Shown here: positions 38,413-48,175 of the stretch, in pieces
Numbering within the stretch: the first letter of the stretch is position 1
Layout: each line of letters opens with the position of its first letter
Origin: Acidobacteriota bacterium
GTDB taxonomy: Bacteria > Acidobacteriota > UBA6911 > RPQK01 > JAJDTT01
Assembly: GCA_965217775.1 (NCBI GenBank)
Contig: CBDCJH010000002.1
Location: 2,144,001-2,208,000, forward strand
Reading direction: 5' to 3'
Length of the DNA: 64,000 nucleotides
Made by a program: the position numbers and the translations under genes
Notes under the pieces: model-generated
Told to the model about the DNA's origin: nothing
Seen by the model: only the letters and a program-made list of their open reading frames with translations
Database searches by the model: none

Positions 38413-38761
38413 GGTGTGTGATTCCACTTCCGCTCTTGTAGACGCGGATATCCTCACTCCGCTTCTCTTCTTCGCTGACGTCGTCCCAAATGACCGATCG
38501 TTTCCGAGCTTCCGGTGTTGTCTGAAGTCCAAACTCCGTGGCGTGCTCTGCGATCGAAGGCCGTACTTGGGATGAAATCTTCTGACGCAGAGGTGCCCCT
38601 GGCCGTTCCGAGGAGTGTTCGATGAGAAGCAGCACCAGGACGGCGAGGGCTCACTTCATGTATCTCACCTAAGGCTTTCAGAATCTCCGTGAGCTCCACG
38701 ACAGCATGGGCATACTAAACGATGCAATCTTCTGCACCCATCGTTGGGCCGTCAGGGGTGC

Positions 38762-41749
38762 TCAGGGCATGCGCAGGATGGTGATGTCCTGGTAGCCTGG
38801 ACGAATCCGGTGATCGCGGATGCCGTCGATGAAGACAGACTTGAAGGTGAGCGTGGCCGTTTCGCCATTCAGATCGGCGAGCGGCACGATGCGGTGCTCC
38901 CACCACGCCGGACCGTAGAAAGGAGCCACTTCCTCCGACCAGAGGACACGCTTCTGCCCTGCTTCTCCCGCTGTGATTTCGAAACGGATCGGGCTCAGGT
39001 CTCCCGGAATAGTCGTGTGCCGATCCCACTTTCCCGACCTGCTCCACAGCGGAGAGGCCACAACCGGCTTGAACTTGAGGGCGAGTCTGCCAGAGGGCAG
39101 CCGGACCCGGTAGGTTGTCTCGGGCTGGTCCTGTGGATCGAGTCGAAGGCCGTGAACCGGTGCCGCATCGACCGTGATTTCCGCCACCAGATCGATGACC
39201 AACCGGGCCAGTTGATCCGATCGGGGTGCAATCAGGCAGTAAGTCGGAACCCCCGATTCGAGCCGCACCAGGAGAGGGGCCGAGTTCAAACGTCCATCCC
39301 ACTCGACGTATCGACTGTAGAGCCTTTCCTGAAAATGTTTCCCCAGATCGGGATGGTGCGCGAGTCCCTCGTGCGTTCCGATGATGATCCGAGCGTCTCC
39401 CTCTTGGGCCTGCGTCGACCTCCATTCCTGTATCTCCAGAGGGCGCCCGATCGCCGCGCCCAGGGTCTCCACAATCTGCTTTGCCAGGATTTCGTCGTGG
39501 GGATGCTCGCCGACTTCAAGTCGCACCCGGCCTCCGCGAACCGACGAGACCAGATCCCCGACCGGAACCTGAAAAAGCGTCTTGTGCGATCGGGTAACTC
39601 TTTGCGCTTCACGGCGATAGTCCTCGAAGGGCCTGAGGTTGTCCGGGTCCGGGAACCCGAACTCGATCACCACGCAGTCCTTCCCTGGGATTGGAATCTG
39701 CAGTTGCTGCCCATAGGAGACCTCCCCTGAGGCCAGACGAGCCTTCAGGGGGTAGATGAGATTGGCGGCCACATTCGCGTCCCCCGGCCGGAAGCCTGCA
39801 CTCTCGTCGATGGCGAGCGTGAAAGGCTCCAGGTTAAAGGAGCGATTGAACAGATACACCACACCCCGGCCGCTGCCCACGTGAGAGATCCCGACGATCC
39901 CTTCATTGGGAAGATCCGCAGGATCGGAGAGGATGCGCAGATTTCGAACCAGTGAAGAGCGGTCCCGGTTCCAAGCCAGCCACTCCTTCAGAATCTCCCG
40001 GTCAAAGTCCGGCATCTGACGAAAGGAAAAGCGAATGTCGCGGACAGCCGTCGTGGCAAAGCACAGCATCATGTTGTACGTCCATCCTTCACCCGATCCG
40101 ATCACTCGCTCCGTATGATCCAGATTGATCGGAATGGCCGACGCCTGCTGAACGGACCAGCCCGCGATGTCTCCCTTGATGCCCCAGGGAGGAACAAACT
40201 TCCGATACAGATTCCTCCAGGCCAGATAACGCTCATAAGCGAGAGCACGGGCCGGAAAATCCGACTCCGTCGCCTCCTTCATCGTGCTGGTGACCCCCGG
40301 GTCACCAGCATGGATATGGGTGGTGTACTTCAGGTTCCAGGGCCAGGGCCGTGCCATGCACAGGAAACGATAAATTCCGGGCTGGCGTCGTTCCGCTTCC
40401 TCCAGAATCCGCCAGATGGCCTGCATGCTGACGTCGGGACTGTTCCAACCGCTGGCCAGGCTCCTCCGTCCCAGACCATGGTCCCGGATCTGGGGGCGAT
40501 TGTTGTCGAACATGATCCCGCCCAGGTCGTATCGCTCCAGCAAATCCATCGAGAAACGGTAGAGGTGTTCCGCATACGGAGAATAGACCAGCGACTGAAG
40601 GGGGGCTTCCGGCCAGCGCCCCTCCCAGGTCTTGATCATCACGACGTCACCCTTCTCGTCCCGAACGGCCCAGTTCTCGGTCTCACGAATAAAAACACAC
40701 CCGTTGGCGTCATTCCAGAGCGACAGTTTCAGACCACGCTTCTTGAGTTCCCGGAGGATCGGCAACAGACCATTCGGAAGTCTTTCGGGGAGAGTCATGT
40801 TCCGATCCCAGGTCTCGTCGTCCGCATCGGCGACCCGGGGCATGCGCTGGCTGTAGGGAAAATCGGCCCACTGCCAGCCCGCATCAAAATGGAAAATGTC
40901 GGCCCCGACGTAAGCCAGATCGTCCAGAACTTCGAGAATCCGATCCTCCCGGGCCTGTCCGAGCCAGGGGCCCCAGGTCGTGAACTTGACCGGAAACGGG
41001 AACCGCGGTTGCAGCCGATCGGTGACGTGGGGAAAAAAGGACTGCCGGGCGGCTTCGAGGAACGAATCATCATTGGCGTGCTGGAACAGACCCAGGGCGC
41101 CGGCCGTCAACTCCTTCGTCTCTCCCGAGGCCACGTTGAAGCCTGGCCGGCAGGTCAGCTGTGCCCGTCCGTCCAGCTCAATCGTATGAAGGGCCCTGGG
41201 CCACTCCAGCGTGACCCAGAAACCGTCCTCGTCTCCTTGCAGCACAATCGGCTGCCCGATCAGCTTCTCATCCAGGGGCCAGGCGACCTCCAGGTCCGAC
41301 GGTCCCAGGTTCCAGTGCCGGATCCCAGCGACATAGACTTCCCCTTCCGGGGCGGAAGCGGAAATCGTCTTTCTCAAACGACTTCCCCTCAGCTCATACT
41401 GGACTGAGACCTCCAACCCGCTTCCCTCGAAACGAAAGACGGCTTCCTGGCCGCCGTTGTCTCGACTGGCTCCCAGGAATCGAAAGCCTTCCTGCTCTCG
41501 ATAAGACGGGGTCAGATCCGGATCGTTCAGATCCTCCGGGTCCACCAGCGCCAGCCCAAGCATCCCTGATCCTCTGAAAGAATAGGTTTTTCCCGACTTC
41601 CGCGCGGTCAGCGCCGCCAGCCGCGGACCCCCTCCTGACTCCTCGAACACGACCTCCAGATCGGGGCTCTTGAGTATGATCGGCTTGGCCACTACCGTGG
41701 GAGAACAGAGCACCAGGAAAAAACAGAACAGTCCCACAGCTATCGACAT
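38762..41749 (-). CDS. Large secreted protein with a GH36/GH27-like (clan GH-D) TIM-barrel core; paralog A
   Basis: Signal peptide after GGAGG RBS; FTTWGPW, FHFDAGWQ, ERLPNGL, LSLWND, GIMFDN, HAGD; closely similar to 55777-58821. Confidence 0.6.
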   Translation of the reverse strand: MSIAVGLFCFFLVLCSPTVVAKPIILKSPDLEVVFEESGGGPRLAALTARKSGKTYSFRGSGMLGLALVDPEDLNDPDLTPSYREQEGFRFLGASRDNGGQEAVFRFEGSGLEVSVQYELRGSRLRKTISASAPEGEVYVAGIRHWNLGPSDLEVAWPLDEKLIGQPIVLQGDEDGFWVTLEWPRALHTIELDGRAQLTCRPGFNVASGETKELTAGALGLFQHANDDSFLEAARQSFFPHVTDRLQPRFPFPVKFTTWGPWLGQAREDRILEVLDDLAYVGADIFHFDAGWQWADFPYSQRMPRVADADDETWDRNMTLPERLPNGLLPILRELKKRGLKLSLWNDANGCVFIRETENWAVRDEKGDVVMIKTWEGRWPEAPLQSLVYSPYAEHLYRFSMDLLERYDLGGIMFDNNRPQIRDHGLGRRSLASGWNSPDVSMQAIWRILEEAERRQPGIYRFLCMARPWPWNLKYTTHIHAGDPGVTSTMKEATESDFPARALAYERYLAWRNLYRKFVPPWGIKGDIAGWSVQQASAIPINLDHTERVIGSGEGWTYNMMLCFATTAVRDIRFSFRQMPDFDREILKEWLAWNRDRSSLVRNLRILSDPADLPNEGIVGISHVGSGRGVVYLFNRSFNLEPFTLAIDESAGFRPGDANVAANLIYPLKARLASGEVSYGQQLQIPIPGKDCVVIEFGFPDPDNLRPFEDYRREAQRVTRSHKTLFQVPVGDLVSSVRGGRVRLEVGEHPHDEILAKQIVETLGAAIGRPLEIQEWRSTQAQEGDARIIIGTHEGLAHHPDLGKHFQERLYSRYVEWDGRLNSAPLLVRLESGVPTYCLIAPRSDQLARLVIDLVAEITVDAAPVHGLRLDPQDQPETTYRVRLPSGRLALKFKPVVASPLWSRSGKWDRHTTIPGDLSPIRFEITAGEAGQKRVLWSEEVAPFYGPAWWEHRIVPLADLNGETATLTFKSVFIDGIRDHRIRPGYQDITILRMP

Positions 41750-41784
41750 CGTTTTACCTCCAGGAAAGGGATGGCTGATCAGAG

Positions 41785-43353
41785 TCATCTGTACGAGAAG
41801 AACCAGTAGTAGACGGAAAGGGTCAGGGTGGCGTAAATCAGCCACCAGACTCGAAAATCAGTGAAAAACGAAAACCGGCTCGTGCCGGGACGGAGCGGGA
41901 CCGAAAGACAGGATGACGACCAGGTGACGTCGCGGATCCTCTCCGGATCGGGTCTCCGGGACAACAGGCTGATGACGACCATCAACGTCATGCAGACGAG
42001 CCAGGTCAAGAACATTCGATACAGAAACACGATGTCCGGAAACACGAAGGTCTCGATGAAGACGGCCAGCGGGATCCCCCCCAGTAGAGTCGTCAGGGCG
42101 GCAATGTGATTGGCTCTCTTCCAGAAGATACCCAGGATGAAAACCGACGCAGCGGGTGGGCCGATGTAGGCGAACAGGTTCTGGATCAGAATGAAAACCC
42201 GGCTGGCCTCGTCGATGAAACAGGCCCCGACCGTGGCGACCAGAAGAACCAGCGTCGAGCATATCCTCCCCACGAAGACAATCTCGTGATCCGAAGTACC
42301 AGGCTTGAAGAGTCTCTTGTAGAAATCGAGGGTGATAATGGTGGACGTCGAGTTGACCACCGAGTCGACCGTCGACATGATGGCCGCTGTAAAAGCCGCC
42401 ATCAGCAAACCGAACAACCCTGCCGGCAGGACTTCTCGGGCCAGAACGGGATAGGCCGTGTTGCTGTCGTTCAGATCGGGGTACAGGACGAAGGCGATGA
42501 TGCCGGGAACCACAATCACGAACGGGGTGATCACCTTGATGAACCCCGCTGTAATGATTCCCATCCGAGCATCCCACTCACTCCGCGCTCCCAGAATCCG
42601 TTGAATCAGGTTCTGATTGGTGGAGGTGTACCAGACATTGACCGAGACGATCACTGCGAAAACACCGGGCCACGGAAACGCCTCATGATCGGCCGGCAGA
42701 AACAGCTTGAAATGCTCCGGCGCCCGCTCTACCAGAGCACTCCACCCCCCGACCTCCTGCAGCCCGAACAGGAGAACCAGAAGTGCGCTCGCCAGCATCA
42801 CGATCACCTGGATGAAATCGGTCCAGGCCACCGACACGAGCCCCCCATAAATCGTGTAGCTGCCGGCGACCACCGCAATCACAATGATGCCGACCTCCAG
42901 TTCCCATCCGAAGAGCGTCTTCAACGCCACGCCCCCGGCGAAGAGGACGACCGCCAGAAAGGCCGAGATGTTGATCAGCACGGTCAGGATGCCGAAGGCA
43001 TACCGGCACGCCGAGTTGAACCGCCTCTCCAGAAATTCGGGCATGGTGTAGAAGCCTCCTCGGTAGTACAGAGGAAGGATCAGCCAGGCCAGGAGGGAAA
43101 ACGTGACGATTCCGTTCCACTCCCATGCCGCCAGGGCGATCCCGTACAGATACGCCATGCCGATCATGCCGATGAAATGTTCCGTGCTCAGATTGCTGCC
43201 GATATAGGAACACCCGACCACGTACCAGGGCAGAGAGCGTCCGGCCAGGAAATAGTCTTCTGCCGTCTTCTGCCTTCGGGATCCGACAATGAGACCCACC
43301 ACCACACAAACCAGAAAGTAGGCACCAAACGTCAGAATGTTCAGTCCTGCCAT
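41785..43353 (-). CDS. Sodium:solute symporter (SLC5/SglT-like)
   Basis: DYFLAGRSLPW, SNLSTEHFIG, TMPEFLERRF, YTIYGGLVSVAWTD, NQNLIQR, AAIMSTVDS. Confidence 0.93.
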   Translation of the reverse strand: MAGLNILTFGAYFLVCVVVGLIVGSRRQKTAEDYFLAGRSLPWYVVGCSYIGSNLSTEHFIGMIGMAYLYGIALAAWEWNGIVTFSLLAWLILPLYYRGGFYTMPEFLERRFNSACRYAFGILTVLINISAFLAVVLFAGGVALKTLFGWELEVGIIVIAVVAGSYTIYGGLVSVAWTDFIQVIVMLASALLVLLFGLQEVGGWSALVERAPEHFKLFLPADHEAFPWPGVFAVIVSVNVWYTSTNQNLIQRILGARSEWDARMGIITAGFIKVITPFVIVVPGIIAFVLYPDLNDSNTAYPVLAREVLPAGLFGLLMAAFTAAIMSTVDSVVNSTSTIITLDFYKRLFKPGTSDHEIVFVGRICSTLVLLVATVGACFIDEASRVFILIQNLFAYIGPPAASVFILGIFWKRANHIAALTTLLGGIPLAVFIETFVFPDIVFLYRMFLTWLVCMTLMVVISLLSRRPDPERIRDVTWSSSCLSVPLRPGTSRFSFFTDFRVWWLIYATLTLSVYYWFFSYR

Positions 43354-43422
43354 CGAAGGACTTCCTTCCCTGAACACAATGCGGTCTGTTGGGAGCGCGA
43401 CGGAGACCAGATCGAGGTAAAA

Positions 43423-44601
43423 TCAGTCAAACGAAGGTGTCTGATAGATCACCCTCCCCCGGACCCGGATCTCCACATCAACCAGGTAGTTTGCCAGCCT
43501 GTCCGTGTCGGGGGTCAGGCCCAGACCCGGACACTGCGGAGCCCGGATCTCACCGTTGCTGTCGGGGTCCAGTCTCTCTTTCGTCAGATTTCGAGCCAGC
43601 GGCTTGGCTTCAAATGGATACTCACAGAGGCGGTGGTGCTCCAGCCCCGCAAAGGGCTGCAAGGACGCACTCAGGGCCAGATAGGACGTGAAGGTGTGGT
43701 TGATATAGCTGACGTCTTTCGAGTCGGCATGCTCGGCGACTCTCTTGGCCACCATAAGCCCGCCAATTCTTCCGGTATCGATCTGGATGTAATCAATCCC
43801 GCCACGGTCGATCAGGCTCTTGGCCATGTCGAAGTTATGAGAGCCTTCACCACCCGCCAGACTGAGGTCTCCGTTCCTCTCGGAAAGATCCCTATAGGCA
43901 TCCACCGATTCGTAGTCGAAAGGCTCTTCCAGGAACTCGATACCACACTCGTGCAGCGCCCTGAGCCGCTTGCCCGCCTCTTCTACGTCTTCGCCCCAGA
44001 CCCCACCGGCATCCACAAACAGCCTGCAGTCGGGTCCCAGACCTTCCCGGGCCGCAAACACCTGGTCTCGGTCCTCGCCCACTCCGCGATGGCCGTAGGG
44101 TCCCCATCCAAACTTGGCGGCCCGGAGACCGGCGCCGACCACCTCTTCCGCCCGCCTTCGCGTGTCTTCCGGTTCGTCTCCAAACAGCAAAGAGGCATAG
44201 GCCTGTTTCGGGAAGGAGCTTGAATAGCCCAGCAGGCTGTACACGGGTTCATTTCTCTTCCGGCCCAGCAGATCCCACATGGCGATGTCGACCCCGGACA
44301 GAATGTGATCCCGCTGCAGCAGATCCCGGCTCCTCTCGCGCACAAGCCGGCCAATCCGTTGAATATCCTCGACGCTCTCCAGCCTCTGCCCGAGCAGCGA
44401 TTCCTGAACGCCCAGGCAGGCACTGTGAGACATCGGTGCAACCAGACCGGCAATGGATACGAGAGGAGAAGCTTCACATTCGCCCCAGCCCACCCAGCCT
44501 CCCGAACTGACGCGCACCAGCAGCGTATCCTGACTGCCGTCTCCTATATCCAGGACTTCCGGCATCGCCAGATAGAAGAAATCCACCGCCTCAATCTTCA
44601 T
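43423..44601 (-). CDS. Mandelate racemase/muconate lactonizing enzyme family (probable sugar-acid dehydratase)
   Basis: SGVDIAMWDLLGR, AKFG, FVDAG, FLEEP, GGE, IQID..RIGG, NH, EYP. Confidence 0.9.
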   Translation of the reverse strand: MKIEAVDFFYLAMPEVLDIGDGSQDTLLVRVSSGGWVGWGECEASPLVSIAGLVAPMSHSACLGVQESLLGQRLESVEDIQRIGRLVRERSRDLLQRDHILSGVDIAMWDLLGRKRNEPVYSLLGYSSSFPKQAYASLLFGDEPEDTRRRAEEVVGAGLRAAKFGWGPYGHRGVGEDRDQVFAAREGLGPDCRLFVDAGGVWGEDVEEAGKRLRALHECGIEFLEEPFDYESVDAYRDLSERNGDLSLAGGEGSHNFDMAKSLIDRGGIDYIQIDTGRIGGLMVAKRVAEHADSKDVSYINHTFTSYLALSASLQPFAGLEHHRLCEYPFEAKPLARNLTKERLDPDSNGEIRAPQCPGLGLTPDTDRLANYLVDVEIRVRGRVIYQTPSFD

Positions 44602-44613
44602 TGGAGCCCGTCC

Positions 44614-47600
44614 TCAGTATTCAAGACGCAATCTGACCTCTGTGTCCCGAGGCTCGAGTCGCACGATCCCCGGCTTCGCATCAAAGTCAGCATAAGGTTT
44701 TCCGTTCAGGCGGACGGACCGGATCGCGCTCCCCCCAGGATGGCGGACGCGCAGGAGGATTTCCCGGGGAGGCTGGCGCGTGGGAGACTCGACAGTGGCC
44801 TCGATATAGCCTCTGTCCGTTGAGGATTCGAGACTGTACGACACGGTCCCAAACCGGGTGGGAGCCTCCCTGACCCGTACCTTCTTCCCGTTCTCGAGAT
44901 AGTACTCGGGGACGGCCAGGGCCAGCCAGAGACTGTCCTCCTGCTCATCAACGAACAGCCTTCGAAACTGCAGAAGGCCCCGCGCCGTGCAGTGCGTCTT
45001 GTCCCAGGCTGCACTGTAGTTGTGCTCCCAGAACGTCATGTTCTCCGTGTCCAGATAGGAAGGCACCCAGTTGAATGCGGCACGGATCAGCGCCCTCTCT
45101 TCCTTTCTCAGCGCATAGATCGTGGCGGTCCGGTTGTGCCCGATGTAGTACTTGGAAAAACCTCCGCGATCGTACCACTCCTGCCGGTTCTGCTCGGCGC
45201 TGTACGCCGGCGTCAGGTGCGCGTCGATCAGAAAGACATCGTCCTCGAACTGGTCCAGCATGTCCTCGACAATGGCCGAGTTGGGATCCAGGACACCCAG
45301 CGCATACAGGTGGTGAGCTCCGTGATCCAGGTCGTAGGTGTACGTATTGCTCCGGTTCCCGCTGGGGTAGAGAAGACCGGTTCGACCCCGCCCGTAAACG
45401 GAACAGGGATAGGGCAACACCCACTCCCCGTTGGGCAGGGGCAGGACGGGACTGCGGGCCTGAATCCGCTGATAGGCACGGGCGATATCCTGACGGAAGG
45501 CTTCGGCCTCCTGTACCAGATCCTCGGTCCCCGGATAGCCGTTCTCGGAAAGCACTCGAGCGGCGTTCGAGAGCCCCGCGTAGTGTATCGCCTGCGAGTA
45601 GAATCGGTACGCGAAACGGCCCCAGTCCCCCGTCACCCCGGGCGGAATCAGCCCGTACTCCCGCACCTTCTTCCCCTCGGCGTCCAGCGCCTTGGTCTTC
45701 TCGCGCTGACGAATGATCCAGCGGCAGGCACGCATCATGGGAGCGGCCACCGACTTCAGCCATTCGCGGTCACCTGTCAGATCGAAATATTCAGCGATGG
45801 AAAACAGATTCCAGCCCGTTCCCATCAACGTGTAGCCGGTCGTCAGGGCACCCGTACGATTGTACTTACTGAGAAAGTAGGCCAGCCCGTGACGACCGAA
45901 GTCCAGCTGACCATACTCTGACATCGCACGAATTAGCGTCTGCGCTTCATTCTCCAGTGGCCCGTAGGTGTTGGCTGCGATCCAGGGAGCGACCCGCTCT
46001 CCGTCTCCCTCGTTGCGTGCATTCGAAAGAATCCGTGCCACCGACGACCGCAGAACGTTCATCAGAAACGGATCGGGGACTTCAATCTGAGTGCCCGGCT
46101 GCAGGGCGCTTCGCCAGTACTCCTCAGTGGCCTCGAGAAGAGCTCTCCCCTTCTCCTTGCCACCGGTCAGGGAACCGTCCACCGGACCCTGCTGCGAGAG
46201 ATACAGCACACAGCAAGCCTCCTCTCTAGCCCCCAGCCTGCCGGACAGGACCACTTTCCCTTCCACGACTTCGACCTGCAAGGGACCGGCGTCGTCCGTG
46301 TTCACCAGAACCCAGAGCTGACCCTCGCTCGCCACCAGGTTTGAGTCGGTGCGAGCCAATTCGACAGGCTCCCGAAAAGGCTGCGCAGCCCTGCCGCGAC
46401 GCCACCGGCTCAGTTCCAGACTCAGTCCCAGACGGACCTCTGCCGGAACATCTTTCTGGTTGACGATCTCGAACTGGGATACACAAACGCCCCGGCTGTC
46501 CCCGAGCCACTTCTCCGAATGTGGTCTTCGGCTTTCGTCCAGAGGCGCCACGAACGTCCGCTGGCTGTAGAGAATCCCGTCCTCCTCGAACGAATTGACC
46601 GGGATCGGCATCCACTCGCCGTGCAAGCGCCGCGTGATTCGGTCCGCTCTGGGACTGCGTTTCGGCCTCCCCCCGGAGCCGTAGATGGTCATCCAGTTCG
46701 CCAATTCGAAACGGTCGAGTCCGAATTCCGGCGTCAGGTGGAGCCGACCGGGAACGGTCAAGACACCGGCCGGCTGCAACACATATTTCTGGTTGGCACC
46801 CGCCAGTGACAGCAGGGTGGGGCTCCGGTTCCCGGCCGGATGACGCATCTTCATGGCGGCCGAGAGACGCTGGTCGGACCGTTTCACAACCCGCTCCCGA
46901 ATCGTTTCCTTTTGCCCGACCCTGGCCCGAACGCTCTCCAGATTCTCTCCGTCGTCACTCGACGTCACCAGCACGCCCGCCTGCCGTACATAGACGGGGC
47001 CTTCGGCCAGCACATCTTCGACGGCTACCGTAAAGGGCGTCTCACCGAGGGTTACCGACAGAAGCGTCCGATCCGCATAGTGCGCTCCGGCTGGATCGGC
47101 CGGCGGCACGCTGTAGCGCACCCGGACCTCGAGCGGCCGGCGTGTTTCCCAAGTTTGCTCGATACCTCCGGAAGGCAGGAACAGGCCGTTGAACAACTCC
47201 ACGCTGGTGGTTGAGTTGGCCGTCTGGGCCGCCTCCAGACGCAGTTCGATGTCTTCCCACCGGGAAACTGTCCATGCTGAAAGAGATTCAACCCGGGCCC
47301 CTCCGCTCTTCTCGGGAAGCAACCACCGAATCTTCAGGGTTCCTTTATCGGCCAGGATCGACCCCGGGTCGGTGCCCGCATCGACGGTGCAATTCAGCTG
47401 TTTCCCGTCCCGCCGAATCGGCGAGTTCAGGGTCAGCCATTCTCCCTGCCACAGGGACTCGCGGCTTTCCTCTCCGTGCCAGAACTGGACCCTGACCTCA
47501 CTGGCCGCGGGACACTGGTTCGCCTCCTCGAAGGTCACGCTCAAGAACCGTACAAAGCGATTGACTTCCCAGCGCAGACCGATCGCGGCTCCCGCCTCTC

Positions 47601-47895
47601 CCCAACCGACCACCCGGTACCCGCCGCTCTCCTTCGCCAGCTCCTGTCCCGGAAAAACAAATTCGGCGGGAAACTCCTCCGTGCGACCGGGCAGTAGCTT
47701 CTCCTGGCGCGGGTCCCAAGTCATCACCCGCCCGAAGGGGGCGATGTCCACCGTCAAGGGTTTTCCTTCGCTAGCCTCTCGGCCGACCGTCGCCGCCGGT
47801 CCGGCAGCGATGCCCGCCGCCAAGCCCGGCAGCAGGGCAACCGCAAAGAGAATTCGAAGAGTAGATTCTTGAAGCCCTGGCGCTACTCTAGCCAT
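44614..47895 (-). CDS. Large secreted protein with a C-terminal (alpha/alpha)6 glycosidase-like domain
   Basis: Signal peptide; YFDLTGDREWL, ACRWIIRQR, GLIPPG..GD, FWEH and the terminal APTRFGTVSY beta domain. Start uncertain (47895 or further upstream). Confidence 0.65.
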   Translation of the reverse strand: MARVAPGLQESTLRILFAVALLPGLAAGIAAGPAATVGREASEGKPLTVDIAPFGRVMTWDPRQEKLLPGRTEEFPAEFVFPGQELAKESGGYRVVGWGEAGAAIGLRWEVNRFVRFLSVTFEEANQCPAASEVRVQFWHGEESRESLWQGEWLTLNSPIRRDGKQLNCTVDAGTDPGSILADKGTLKIRWLLPEKSGGARVESLSAWTVSRWEDIELRLEAAQTANSTTSVELFNGLFLPSGGIEQTWETRRPLEVRVRYSVPPADPAGAHYADRTLLSVTLGETPFTVAVEDVLAEGPVYVRQAGVLVTSSDDGENLESVRARVGQKETIRERVVKRSDQRLSAAMKMRHPAGNRSPTLLSLAGANQKYVLQPAGVLTVPGRLHLTPEFGLDRFELANWMTIYGSGGRPKRSPRADRITRRLHGEWMPIPVNSFEEDGILYSQRTFVAPLDESRRPHSEKWLGDSRGVCVSQFEIVNQKDVPAEVRLGLSLELSRWRRGRAAQPFREPVELARTDSNLVASEGQLWVLVNTDDAGPLQVEVVEGKVVLSGRLGAREEACCVLYLSQQGPVDGSLTGGKEKGRALLEATEEYWRSALQPGTQIEVPDPFLMNVLRSSVARILSNARNEGDGERVAPWIAANTYGPLENEAQTLIRAMSEYGQLDFGRHGLAYFLSKYNRTGALTTGYTLMGTGWNLFSIAEYFDLTGDREWLKSVAAPMMRACRWIIRQREKTKALDAEGKKVREYGLIPPGVTGDWGRFAYRFYSQAIHYAGLSNAARVLSENGYPGTEDLVQEAEAFRQDIARAYQRIQARSPVLPLPNGEWVLPYPCSVYGRGRTGLLYPSGNRSNTYTYDLDHGAHHLYALGVLDPNSAIVEDMLDQFEDDVFLIDAHLTPAYSAEQNRQEWYDRGGFSKYYIGHNRTATIYALRKEERALIRAAFNWVPSYLDTENMTFWEHNYSAAWDKTHCTARGLLQFRRLFVDEQEDSLWLALAVPEYYLENGKKVRVREAPTRFGTVSYSLESSTDRGYIEATVESPTRQPPREILLRVRHPGGSAIRSVRLNGKPYADFDAKPGIVRLEPRDTEVRLRLEY

Positions 47896-48175
47896 TGTGA
47901 ATTCTCCGTCGGTTTTCCGTTGTCGAAATCTGAAGGTCAGCGGCAGACTATCGGCCTCACTGAGGATGTCGCCTTCTCCCGAACCTCCCACGACTTTTTC
48001 TCGGACCCCGAGGTGAGACAAAGGGAAATCTACCCGGCCCGTCCGGTCACTCTCCAGCCAGAACAGTGCTCCAGGGAGTCGCGACAAAGTGCCTGAGAGC
48101 CCCACCGCAGTCCGCCACGGCGGCGGCTCTCAGGTATCAGCTCCAATCAGCTCTTCCGCAGGAACTCCCTTGCCA

